Assembly: GCA_963737655.1 (NCBI GenBank)
Contig: CAVTTN010000002.1
Coordinates: forward strand, 3,136,001 to 3,200,000
Direction: 5' to 3'
DNA from: an uncultured Planctomycetota bacterium
GTDB taxonomy: Bacteria; Planctomycetota; Planctomycetia; Isosphaerales; Isosphaeraceae
Length of the DNA stretch: 64,000 nucleotides
Both the position numbers and the translations under genes were made by a program. Shown one piece after another: positions 19,739-30,287 of the stretch; the stretch's first letter is position 1; every line of letters begins with the position of its first letter. The notes under the pieces are model-generated. The model worked only from the letters and a program-made list of their open reading frames with translations. It was not told the DNA's origin and did no database searches.

Positions 19739-22700
19739 ATGAATGCCCTGCGACACCTCGGGAGAGGTCGGCCGGCGGCCCTGATGGCCGTGGCCCTGGT
19801 CACGATCGCCACCCCCGCCCTGTTCTCGGCCGACGGGGAGTTCCGGCCCGACTATCGCCCGGCCGCCTATGCCATCGCCGGCGCGAAGGTCGTGCCGAGC
19901 CCGGGCCAGGTGATCGAGAACGGCACGGTGGTCGTCCGAGACGGCGTGATCGAGGCCGTGGGCAAGGCCGAGGAGGTCGCCATCCCGGCCGACGCCGAGA
20001 CGATCGAGGGCAAGGGCCTGGTGGTTTATCCCGGGTTCCTGGACATGTACACCACGCTCGGCACGCCGAGTGGGACGCAACGCTCCCTGACCGGCCCCGG
20101 CCGGACGATCCCCTACGCCGACTTCGCCCTGGCCCGCACCCCGACCGACAACCGGACCGGCATCACGCCCGAGTTCGCCGTCGGCAGCGTCCTGGAGATG
20201 CCCGACGCCACCGTCGAGGAGCGGCGGAAGCTGGGCTTCACGGACCTCGTGGCCGCCCCGGGCGGGTCGATCGCGGCCGGTCAGAGCGCGGTGGTGAGCC
20301 TCAGTGGCCTCCCCCGCCGCGAGGCCCTGCTCAAGACGCCCCTGGCCCTTCATATCCTGCTGGCCAACCCCGCCGGGTTTTCATTCTCCGAGAGCCGCGC
20401 GTGCGAGGATGAGGTCGTCCTGTTCGACGAGTTCCGGGCCGACGGGACGCCGCCGACGGCCCCCGCGCCCCCGGCCGAAGACCCGATCGAGGCCCGCCGT
20501 CGGGCGATGAGGGCGGCCGGCTATCCGATCTCGCTGATGGGCGTGATCGCCCATCTTCGCCAGGCCATGCTGGACGCCGATTACCAGCAGAAGCAGGAGG
20601 CGTATTACGCGAAGGACGGCGGCAACCGCCCCGCGCACGACCCGTCGCTCGACGCCCTGGCCGCGGCCCGCAGCAAGAAGCTGAGCGTCTGGTGGGAGGC
20701 GAACACTCGTGACGAGATCCACCGGGTCCTCGACCTGGCCGCCGAGTTCGGCACCGACGCCACCATCGTCGGCGGTCGCGAGGCCGCCAAGGTCGCCGAT
20801 CGCCTGAAGGCCCAGGAAATCCCGGTCGTCCTCCGGCTCGACTTCCCCGAGGAGCCCAAGGTCCCCTCCGAGGCCGATTTCCGGAAGAAGAACGCGGAGG
20901 GTCGCGATACTCCCCTGAAAGTCCTCCAGGAGCGTGAGAACCGCTGGAAGGAGCGGGTCGCGACGGCCTCCGCGCTCCACAAGGCGGGCGTGAAGTTCGC
21001 GTTCGGCTCGGATGGCCTGGCGAAGTCCGACACGTTCCACTCGCAGGTTCGCAAGCTGATCGCCGCCGGCCTTCCGGCCGATGCCGCCGTCGAGGCCCTC
21101 ACGCGCTCGGCGGCCGAGATCGCCGGGCTCGGCGGCAAGCTCGGGACGATCGAGAAGGGCAAGCTCGGCCACCTCGTCGTGATGACCGCCCCTTATGGCG
21201 ACGAGAAGGCCAAGCCCCGATACGTCCTGGCCGATGGCATGAAGTTCGACCTGGAAAAGACCTCCGCCGCGACCGCCAAGAAGGGCGGCGAGGGCCGAGG
21301 GGACGCCTCGAAGAAAGGCGACCCGACGTCCCCGCCGAAGAATGAGGAAGACCAGGCTACGAAGCCCGAGTCGAACAAGGTCAAGGCCGACCCGACCAAG
21401 GCCAGCCCCCCGGGACCGAAGCCCGAGCCGGGCAAGGCGGATGCCCCCGCACCGGCACCGGCGCCCGGCCCCGCGCCCGCCCCGAAGGCCGCCGACGGTG
21501 CCCCGGCTCACTCGCCGAAGGCCGCCGAACCCGCCCCGGGGCCGTTCGTGGACGTCCCCTCGGAGTTCGAGGCCGACCGCTATCCGAAATTGCGGACCGG
21601 AGGCAACGTCCTGATCAAGGACGCCACGATCCTGACCGTCTCCCGGGCCGGGACGATCGCGAAGGGGTCGATCCTCGTCCGCAACGGCAAGATCGAGGCG
21701 ATCGGCGCCGACCTGGCGGCCCCCGAGGGGTTCCAGGTCCTTGACGCGAACGGACTTGTGGCGATGCCGGGGATCATCGACACCCACTCGCACATGGCGA
21801 TCCAGGGCGGCGTGAACGAGGGGACGCTCTCGATCGTCCCCGAGGTCCGCGTGGCCGACGTCGTGGACGGCGAGGACCCGACGATCTACCGGGCCCTGGC
21901 CGGAGGGACGACCTCCGCCCGCCTCCTCCACGGCTCGGCCAACACGATCGGCGGGCAGGATGTGGTGGTGAAGCTCCGCTACGGCCTCCCGGCTCGGGAC
22001 TTGATCCTCCGGGACGAGAAGAGGCCGCAGGGCGTCAAGTTCGCCCTGGGCGAGAACGTGACCCGTCGGACGAACCGCTTCCCCTACAGCCGGATGGGCG
22101 TCGAGGCGACGATCGAGCGGGCGTTCCTCGAAGGCCGGGCCTACGCGGCCGAGAAGAAGGCCCACGACGAGGCCGAGGCCGCCGGCAAGGCCGTCGCCCC
22201 ATTCCGCCGGGACCTCCGCCTCGAAGCCCTCGCGGCGATCGTCGATGGCTCGATCAAGATCCACAGCCATTGCTATCGAAGCGACGAAATCCTCATGCTC
22301 CTCAGGACTTGCGAGCGGTTCGGGGTGCGGGTCCAGTCGCTCCAGCACGTCCTGGAAGGGTACAAGGTCGCCGCCGAGATCGCCGCCCACGGGGCCAGCG
22401 CCTCGACGTTCTCCGACTGGTGGGCCTACAAGATCGAAGCTTATGACGCCATCCCGTTCAACGCCGCCCTGCTGACCGAGGCCGGTGCCCGGGTCTGCAT
22501 CAAGAGCGACAGCGAGGAACTCGTCAGGCACCTGTACCTCGAAGCGGCGAAGATGGTGAAGTACGGCGCCGTGACCGAGGGCCAGGCCCTGGAGATGATC
22601 ACGCTCAACCCGGCCCGGGAACTCGGGTTGGAGCACCGGCTCGGGACGATCGAGGTCGGCAAGGACGCGGACATCGCCCTGTTCAACGCCCACCCGTTCG

Positions 22701-24264
22701 ACACGTTCGCCCGCTGCCAGATCAGCCTGGTGGACGGCGAGGTCCGGTTCCTCCGCAAGGAGGCCGACGGCAAGTTCGCCCCCCGTCCCGGCGACAAGGG
22801 GATGCCCGGCCCGGACCTCGCGGTTCGCACCCGGCCCCTCGACATCCCCGCGAACGCCAAGAACCTGTACGCCCTGACCGGCGCCACGATCCACCCGGTC
22901 AGCGGGGCCGACGTGCCCAACGGGACGATCGTCGTGGCCGACGGAAAGATCGCGGCCATCGGCGGTTCGGACACGCCGGTCCCGGCCGGGACGACCACGA
23001 TCGACGCTCGCGGCCTGGACGTGTGGCCGGGGATGGTCGATGCCGGCAGCGTCGTCGGCCTGTTCGAGATCGGCAGCCTCCCCGAGACGCTCGACGCCAG
23101 CGACTCGGCCCAGAGCCAGCCGGAAGTCCGCACGAGCGTGGCCATCCACCCCGATAGCGAGCTGATCCCGGTGACCCGGGCCAACGGCGTGCTCTCGGCC
23201 TACATCCAGCCCGGGGGCGGGGGCGGCCAGGGCCCCAACGGCGGCCTGATTCCCGGCCAGGGGTGCATCGCGGACCTCTCGGGCTGGGTGCCGTCGGAGA
23301 TGGTGCTCGTCGATGGCGCGGCCCTGAACGTGAACATCCCCAACTACATCCCGCCGGACCCCGAGGGCGGCCGTCGAGGCCGGTTCGGGGGAGGCGCCGG
23401 CGGCGACGATCCGAACAGCCGCCGCAAGGAACGTCTCGACGCGATCCGCGACGCCTTCCAGACGGCCGTGGCGTATGACAAGGTCGTCAGCGCCGCCAAG
23501 GCCGGCAAGGCCGCGATGCCCGCCCCCGACCCGCGAAACGCGGCCCTCGCCCCGTTCGCCAGGGGGAAAAGCTGGTGATCTTCCGCGCCGAGAGGCGGAT
23601 GGAAATCCTCGACGCCCTCAAGCTGATCGCCGACCTGAAGCTCAAGGGGGCGATCTCGGGAGCCGGCGAGGCGTGGAAGGCGATCGACGAGCTCAAGGCC
23701 GCGAAGGTGCCGGTGCTCGTCGCCGGGACCCTGCGAAGCCCGATCGATCGCCACGACCCGTACGACGCCCCTTACTCCAATCCGGCGAGGCTCCACGAGG
23801 CCGGCATCTCGTTCGCTATCCGCTCGATCGGCCAGGGGCCCGACCAGGCGACCTCGGCGAGGAACCTTCCTTATGAGGCGGGGACCGCCGTGGCGTATGG
23901 CCTGCCCGAGGCCGACGCGATCAAGGCCGTCACGATCGTCCCGGCGACGATCCTCGGCGTGGGCGACCGGCTCGGCTCCCTCGAAGTCGGCAAGAAGGCG
24001 AACCTGGTCATCACCGCCGGGCCGTTGCTCCAGGCGACGACCGACGTGAAGGCCCTGTTCATCGGCGGCAAGCCCCTGCCGCCGGAGAGCCGCCACACCA
24101 AGCTGTACGCGAAGTACCGGCAGAGGTTGGCCGAAGTCCGGGCCGGGACCGCCCCTCTGGGGCTGGAACGGACCCAGCCGACCGCGAAGGCCCCGGCCGA
24201 ACCCGCAGCCTCGCCGGTCGGCTCGGCCCCGACCCCGACCGCCGGCCCGGCCGACCGGCGATAA
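19739..24264 (+). CDS. Large secreted protein with three amidohydrolase modules, frameshift near 23565
   Basis: Three PG-x-x-D module starts (PGFLDMYT, PGIIDTHSH, PGMVDAGS), each with a closing G-T/S-I/L-E-x-GK motif; adding one G in AGGGGGAAAA fuses the two ORFs. Confidence 0.85.
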
Positions 24265-24286
24265 GGCGTTTAACCTTCGAGTGGCC

Positions 24287-24355
24287 TCTCCGTAGGGCAG
24301 GCCTTGGCCTGCCGAGATCCGCGAGGACGGCAGGCCGAGACCTGCCCTACGGAGA
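24287..24355. repeat. GTAG-family REP doublet (family A)
   Basis: TCTCCGTAGGGCAGGCC...CCTGCCCTACGGAGA inverted repeat between convergent genes; near-identical copy at 29496-29558. Confidence 0.8.
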
Positions 24356-24373
24356 CTGGCCAGGAGGCTCTTC

Positions 24374-25195
24374 TCAGTACTCGATCCCCCGGGCGTCCAG
24401 CGCCGCCTGGAGCGCCTTGGCGGCCTCGGCGAACCGTTCGGGGCCGGTGAAACCGTGGGATTTCTCGGCCAGGAGCAGGTGGGGCTCGAGCGTGCAGAAC
24501 CCGTCGTAACCCGTCGCCACCGCCTCGGCGATCAATCGGGGGATCTGCCCGGCCCCCTGCCCCGCCGGGACATTCTTCCGGGTGACCGGGTCGAAATCCT
24601 TCACGTGGAAGTGGATCACGCGAGTCCGGAGCAGGTCCCACGCCTCGTCGATCGGTTGTCCGACTTCCAGGTAATTCGCCGGGTCGAACGCGTGGCCCAG
24701 CGCCGGCGAATCGACGGTTTCGAGGATGTCGAGCACCCTCGGGGCGATGTCGCCGTAGATCCCCCGCTCGTTTTCCAGGACCATCCGCCGGCCCCGGGCC
24801 TCGGCGGCCTGCGCTTTGGCGGCCATCCGGCGGATGACCTCGTCGCGAAACGCCGAAGGATCTTCGCCCTCGGGCAGATAGTAGCTGAAGACGCGGATAT
24901 TGGGCGTCTCGTAGAACTCGGCCAGGTCCAGGGCCTTCTCGAACCGCTCCAGGTGGGGCGGGAACGGGTCGGTGATCGGGATCTTGCCGATCGGCGAGCC
25001 GATCGCGCTCAGGCTGTAGCCTCGTTCTCGGAGGAGGTCGCGGAACTCCTCGTGCTGGCCCGGGGAGAGGTCCATCACGTTGGTCCCCCAGGCCGCCCGG
25101 AACTCGATGTGGCGGATTCCCAGGGGGTCGAGGCACTCGAACTGTTCGAGGGGGTCGGCGGCGATCTCGTCCGCGAAGGCGCTGAGGCGGATCAT
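24374..25195 (-). CDS. Sugar phosphate isomerase/epimerase (xylose isomerase-like TIM barrel)
   Basis: MIRLSAFADEI, GSPIGK, LENE, FDPAN, HVKD, LEPHL. Confidence 0.85.
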   Translation of the reverse strand: MIRLSAFADEIAADPLEQFECLDPLGIRHIEFRAAWGTNVMDLSPGQHEEFRDLLRERGYSLSAIGSPIGKIPITDPFPPHLERFEKALDLAEFYETPNIRVFSYYLPEGEDPSAFRDEVIRRMAAKAQAAEARGRRMVLENERGIYGDIAPRVLDILETVDSPALGHAFDPANYLEVGQPIDEAWDLLRTRVIHFHVKDFDPVTRKNVPAGQGAGQIPRLIAEAVATGYDGFCTLEPHLLLAEKSHGFTGPERFAEAAKALQAALDARGIEY

Positions 25196-25324
25196 GGGAG
25201 AGGTCCTGGCGAGACGCGACGGGATTCCGCCGTGATCGTACCATGCTTCCGGCTTGACTTCCGGGGGCCGACATCTGACAACGGAAGACGACCGAGCAAT
25301 CGAACTCGACGAGGCATCCCCCCG

Positions 25325-25792
25325 ATGGCCGCGATCACCGGCAACATCCTGCCGTTCCTGTTCTACTGGCTGATCCTGTTCGTCACGTGTTTCAGCGTGG
25401 TCGAGTTCGGCCAGAATTACCTGTACGACGAGTCCACTCGCGGCGTCGGCTGGAAGGTGGCGATCGGCTCGGCGATCCTGAGCCTCCTGCTGACGTACAC
25501 CCGGCCCCGCTATGACGTGATGTTCACGTCGGAGATCGGCTGGACGGTGCTCCTGGCGGTCCTGTCGTTCGCGATCTTCACGCTGCTGTTCCAGTTCCAG
25601 CCGCACCACGGGGCGGCCATCGGCATCCTGTCGATGCTGCTCGTCTCGGGGATTGCCACGATGGGCGTGACCAGCCTGATCGACCCGGCCCCTCCGCTGT
25701 CGCCGACGGTCACCCGCCCGAGCAAGCCCCTCCGGCAACAGGGGACCAAGGCCGCCCCCCTGGTCCCCGTGGGCCCGCCCGTCAAGCGATGA
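25325..25792 (+). CDS. Hypothetical membrane protein (about 4 TM)
   Basis: Hydrophobic helices with typical codon usage. Confidence 0.7.
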   Translation: MAAITGNILPFLFYWLILFVTCFSVVEFGQNYLYDESTRGVGWKVAIGSAILSLLLTYTRPRYDVMFTSEIGWTVLLAVLSFAIFTLLFQFQPHHGAAIGILSMLLVSGIATMGVTSLIDPAPPLSPTVTRPSKPLRQQGTKAAPLVPVGPPVKR

Positions 25793-25807
25793 CCGGCCAG
25801 TGGTGCG

Positions 25808-27037
25808 TCAGGCCGGGGTGAGCAGACGCTCCCGGAACCGATGGAGGAGCCCGGCCGACGTCTTCTCCCACGTCGATTCCCGGGCCAGGTCCCATCGGAG
25901 GTCCGCCCGGCCATCGTCCGACCCCCGGGCCACGATCCGGCCGATCGACGCCACGAACGCCTCGGGCGTCTCGGCCACGTCGAAGAGATGGGCGTACAGC
26001 CGGCATTCGGGCAGGGCCGTCGAGACCACCGGCCGGCTCGTCGCCATGTAGTCCATCACCTTCGTGGGGCAGGCGGCCCGGTTGAACGGGTGATCGACCC
26101 GGTACGGGATCAGGCAGACGTCGAACGCCGCGTTGTAGCGGCCCACGTCCGCCCTCCAGCCGATCCGGTGGACGTTGGGCCGGGCCGCCGCCTTCAAATA
26201 GTCCGAGTACCACGCCTCGCCGGGCGTCGGCGCGGGCTCCCGGCCGATCAGGACGATCGAACCCTCGGGAAATTCGCGTGCCACCCGCTCGACCAGGGGC
26301 CAATCCAGCCGATCCTCCAGCGACCCGACGAACCCGAGCAACGGCCGAGGCAATTCGGCGATGTCGGCCGGGGCGAGGGCCGGCGTCCTCTGAGGTTGCT
26401 CGGCGATCGCGGCCGACGGGGCCCCGTGCGGCAAGTGGACGATCTTGGAGGCGGCGCCCGGCTCGGCCTCGGCCAGCTCCTCCGCCCGGATCCGGGCGCA
26501 GAAGACGGACAGGTCCGCCTCGCGGACCGCCTGCCGCTCCAGGCGGCGGATCGCCTCGCCCCGAGACGCCCAGTAGAAGGCGTAGTCGTCCATGTTGTAA
26601 TACAGCAGCCAGTCCGGCCGGAGCAGGTCGCGCAGATACAGGTAATGCGGATACGAGATCGCCAGGGCCAGCGGCCTGGGGCGGTCCAGCGACCGATGCC
26701 ACTCGCGGGCGGCCCAGGCCAGCGGCCTCATCCCCAGGCGAGGGTACGTCTTCATCCAGCCCGGAGGCAGGATGAATTGCCTCTGCCAGAGCCGTTCGCC
26801 CCGGCGACTCAGGGGCGAAAGCCAGTCGCGGACCGGCCGTCTCTGGTGGAGCGCATTACGCCAGTCGCACGCCTTGATCAACAGGGTGCGGACCCCCAGA
26901 TCGGCCAGGGGGGAGAACAGCTTCTCGGTCCAGGACCACGAGGCATCGGCGACCACCAGGTCGAACCCCGGGTCATCCTCGGGCGGCGCGCTCGCCACGA
27001 GGGGCGTCCCGGCCAGGTCTCCGTGGGGTCGGTTCAT
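25808..27037 (-). CDS. Glycosyltransferase (GT-B/GT4-like)
   Basis: LGFVGSLEDRLDW, FDVCLIPY, CPTKVMDYMATSRPVVST. Confidence 0.85.
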   Translation of the reverse strand: MNRPHGDLAGTPLVASAPPEDDPGFDLVVADASWSWTEKLFSPLADLGVRTLLIKACDWRNALHQRRPVRDWLSPLSRRGERLWQRQFILPPGWMKTYPRLGMRPLAWAAREWHRSLDRPRPLALAISYPHYLYLRDLLRPDWLLYYNMDDYAFYWASRGEAIRRLERQAVREADLSVFCARIRAEELAEAEPGAASKIVHLPHGAPSAAIAEQPQRTPALAPADIAELPRPLLGFVGSLEDRLDWPLVERVAREFPEGSIVLIGREPAPTPGEAWYSDYLKAAARPNVHRIGWRADVGRYNAAFDVCLIPYRVDHPFNRAACPTKVMDYMATSRPVVSTALPECRLYAHLFDVAETPEAFVASIGRIVARGSDDGRADLRWDLARESTWEKTSAGLLHRFRERLLTPA

Positions 27038-27459
27038 GCTCGGCCGAGGTGCTCACCCCGTCTCCGCCTCGCAAAGGGGCATCGAGTCCGTTCGAGGCCC
27101 GAGCGACGGCCAAGGCCGCCCGCTTCGACCCATTCGAGGCCGGGAGCCTCACTCTAGCCGGATTCCCCCACGTGTCAAGCGGATCGGGGACGGACCCAGC
27201 GCCGTTCCCCATTCCGAGAGGTCTCGGCTAGAAGCATTTCGGGTGGCAAGGGTTCCGTACTCGGAGCCCGCGGGACGGCCCTCACGGGTGAAGAGGACGG
27301 AAACCATGCCACCCGAAACCTTTCGGAAGATTCCTCTAGTGAGAAGGAACCGGCCCGGGAGACGGCCTGGAGATCGTGGCAGCTGTCGGCTGCCGAGCGT
27401 GGCCTTATCCTGGTAGGATGAATTGGTGTGGTCCCCACCCTCGGAATTGAGGCGACTCG

Positions 27460-29199
27460 ATGAACCCGGCGCGTTCTCTGGCCTGCGTCCTGGCGGCCCT
27501 CGTCCTCGCCGGCCCGGTCCTGGCCCAGGACTCCGGGCCGAGCGTTCCGGTGGCTCTGCGATGGCTCGGCGAGGATCGCCTGGCGGTGGCCCTTCGCGAG
27601 ACGCAATCGGTGGTCCTGGTGGACCCGGCGACCCGATCGGTGGTTTCGACCCGAAACGTCCCGCTGCGCCCGTTCTCGCTCGTCCTGCTCGGTGGTTCCC
27701 GCGTCGCCGTGGGCGGCGAAGACGGCTCGCTCGCCTTGTTCGACCTCTCGGGATCGGCGACCCCAGCTCGTCTCGAACTCGGGAGGGGGCCGGTCCAGCT
27801 CGCGGCCTTGCCCGACGGCCGGCTCGCGGTGGGCCTGCGATGGGATCACCGGGTCCTGATCGTCGATGCCCGGTCCGGCGAGGTGGTCGACCGTCACCCC
27901 CTGCCGTTTCCTCCCGGGACGCTGGTGGCATCCCCCGAGGGGCGGGTGATCGTCGCCGACGCCTTCGGCCCTCAACTGGCGGAAATCGAACCAGGGCGGA
28001 TCGGATCGGAACGATTTTTAACCTTTCCCAACCAGATGAACCTGCGAGGGCTGGCGATCTCGGGGGATGGTCGCGAGCTTTTGATGGCGCACATGGTCAA
28101 GAACGGACCGGGGCCGATCTCGAGGACCGCGATCGATTGGGGCTTGCTGATTTCGAGCAAGATGAGCGCGTTGCGGCTGACCGAGTTCGGGGTCGAGGGT
28201 CGGCCGGTGAACGTCCGGCGGCTCACGCTGGACGGCTCCCACAATGGCGCGGCCGACCCGTCGGCGATCGGGGTTTCGAACGACGGAAAGACCGTCCTGA
28301 TCGCACTTTCCGGCGCCCATCGCGTGCTCAAGATCGACCGGACGAAGGGGACGGCCGCCGCGACCGACTTGCTCCCCCTGGGCAGCAGCACGGCCATCGA
28401 GGAGATCGAGGTCGGCCGCTCGCCGGCGGACCTGGCGATCTCCCCGAGCGGTCGGCTCGCCGCCTCGGCCGATTCGATGGGCGACACAGTGACCGTGTTC
28501 GATCCCCAGACGATGCAACGGGTTGCGCAAATTTCGGTCGGACCCGAAAACGCCCGGAAGACGGCCGAGCAACGAGGAGAGGCGCTGTTCCTCGACGGCC
28601 GGCTCGCGCTGGACCGCTGGATGTCGTGCGCGACGTGCCATCCCTCGGGCCATTCGACGGGCCTGGCGTTCGACACCCTGGGCGACGGTGACAACGGCGA
28701 CCCCAAGGACACGCCCAGCCTCCTCGGCGTCGGGCCGACCGCCCCGTTCGGCTGGACCGGGCGGTTCCGCCGGCTGGAAGACCAGGTGTCCCAGTCGCTG
28801 GAATCGAGCTTGCAGGGCCACTCCGCCGACCCGGCCACCGTCGCGGACCTCGTGGCATATCTCCAATCCCTGGAAACACCTCCGCCGAAACGATCGGCCG
28901 ACGATCCCCGGGCGGTCCGGGGCCAATCGGTGTTCCAGGCGCGGAAATGCACCTCGTGCCATGTACCCCCGAGCTTCACGAGCCGGCCGTTGCGAGACGT
29001 CGGGTTCCGGGACGGCTCGGCGCGGGTCCGCTTGTACAGCCCGCCCTCGCTCCGGGGCGTGGGACGGTCCTCGCCGTACCTGCACGACGGCCGGGCCGCG
29101 ACGCTCGACGCGGTCTTGGGGCAGCATCATCCCGGTTTCGACGCCCCTCCCGAGCCGGCCGACCGAGCGGCCCTGGAAGCGTATCTTGAGTCACTTTAA
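27460..29199 (+). CDS. Secreted beta-propeller (YVTN-like) fused to a di-heme cytochrome c peroxidase-like domain
   Basis: Signal peptide, propeller repeats, CATCH and CTSCH heme motifs, TPSLLG, PSLRGVGRSSPYLHDG. Confidence 0.85.
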   Translation: MNPARSLACVLAALVLAGPVLAQDSGPSVPVALRWLGEDRLAVALRETQSVVLVDPATRSVVSTRNVPLRPFSLVLLGGSRVAVGGEDGSLALFDLSGSATPARLELGRGPVQLAALPDGRLAVGLRWDHRVLIVDARSGEVVDRHPLPFPPGTLVASPEGRVIVADAFGPQLAEIEPGRIGSERFLTFPNQMNLRGLAISGDGRELLMAHMVKNGPGPISRTAIDWGLLISSKMSALRLTEFGVEGRPVNVRRLTLDGSHNGAADPSAIGVSNDGKTVLIALSGAHRVLKIDRTKGTAAATDLLPLGSSTAIEEIEVGRSPADLAISPSGRLAASADSMGDTVTVFDPQTMQRVAQISVGPENARKTAEQRGEALFLDGRLALDRWMSCATCHPSGHSTGLAFDTLGDGDNGDPKDTPSLLGVGPTAPFGWTGRFRRLEDQVSQSLESSLQGHSADPATVADLVAYLQSLETPPPKRSADDPRAVRGQSVFQARKCTSCHVPPSFTSRPLRDVGFRDGSARVRLYSPPSLRGVGRSSPYLHDGRAATLDAVLGQHHPGFDAPPEPADRAALEAYLESL

Positions 29200-29232
29200 G
29201 TCGTTGTGGAACGAACCTCTCGGACCTCGCCG

Positions 29233-29469
29233 ATGGATCATTGCCTGAACAAGCTGGATGAGATCCTCGCCCGAGGGACCGACGACCGCCGATCCGTCCT
29301 GCAACTCGGCTACAACCTCGGCCGGTTGAGCGAGCTGTCCGGCCTGGGCCGCTCGGCGTTCTGGGACCAGTGGAAAGGGCCCGTGGAGCGGTGGGACCTG
29401 CCCTCGATGCAGGCCCTGGCCCAGTCGCTCCGGCGCGACCTGGGGTCCGGACCAGAGACGCTCCCCTAG
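29233..29469 (+). CDS. Small hypothetical protein (78 aa)
   Basis: ORF with typical codon bias just downstream of the cytochrome gene. Confidence 0.55.
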   Translation: MDHCLNKLDEILARGTDDRRSVLQLGYNLGRLSELSGLGRSAFWDQWKGPVERWDLPSMQALAQSLRRDLGSGPETLP

Positions 29470-29495
29470 AGTTGTCCTGGGACTGGGTACACATC

Positions 29496-29558
29496 CGTAG
29501 GGCAGGCCTCAGCCTGCCGAGATTGGCGAGGACGGCAGGCCGAGGCCTGCCCTATACG
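29496..29558. repeat. GTAG-family REP doublet (family A, second copy)
   Basis: CGTAGGGCAGGCCTCAGCCTGCCG...CGGCAGGCCGAGGCCTGCCCTA. Confidence 0.8.
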
Positions 29559-29770
29559 GGGGCGCGATCCGACCGAGGACCGCTCGGAATTGAGGCGAGA
29601 ATCGGCCCTGGCGGTCCGTCCGCGAGGTTCTCCGGCGAATTGCCGCGCAAAGGGGCCGCAAACCCGTCCGCTCGCGAAGAAGTTTTTGCGAAGATGGGGA
29701 GCAATTCGGCATTATCGACCGAAAAAGGTTCTATAATCTCCAAAACGCCCGACAATCCGGCGAAAGTTCG

Positions 29771-29786
29771 CGGATTTTTCCTTGCA
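29771..29786 (+). promoter_or_regulatory. Possible sigma-54 promoter CGGATTTTTCCTTGCA
   Basis: GG-N10-GC spacing with TTGCA; the -24 flank is non-consensus. Confidence 0.3.
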
Positions 29787-29902
29787 ACCGGCGGAGGCGG
29801 CATCCCAGAATGGGTCTCGACGGTCCTAAGGATATGGTCGTTCCTGAACAGACGGTCCACGGATGCCCCGTGCTCCAGGCACGAACTCAGGAGCCAGCCC
29901 CG

Positions 29903-30133
29903 ATGAACCAGCACCACCTCGCGGTCGACGGCGACTCGCTCGTCCAGCAAGTCGAGGACCGCGTCCGCCAGACGACTCACGGACGAATTCGCGGCCTGGC
30001 GGTGGAAGAGATCCAGGGGAACGTGGTGATCCGGGGCCAGGTCCCCTCGCACCACACCCGGCAACTGGCGCTCCACGCCGCCCTCGAATTGCTCGGGGGG
30101 GACCGCTGCCGGTCCTTCATCACCGTAGGTTGA
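29903..30133 (+). CDS. Small single BON-like domain protein
   Basis: AGGAG RBS; RIRGLAV...VVIRGQVPSHHTRQLA pattern. Confidence 0.7.
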   Translation: MNQHHLAVDGDSLVQQVEDRVRQTTHGRIRGLAVEEIQGNVVIRGQVPSHHTRQLALHAALELLGGDRCRSFITVG

Positions 30134-30287
30134 CCGGCCCGGCCTTCTCCGTCTGACCTTCGCTCGATCGACCCTGGACGACCCGGGCCGGGCGCCCTCG
30201 ATCCGCCTCGAAGTTGACGGCTCCCCGCGATTGGCGCACCATGAACGGCCTGTTTGTCGGTCCGAGCCGTCTTCCGAGGAGCCTTTC

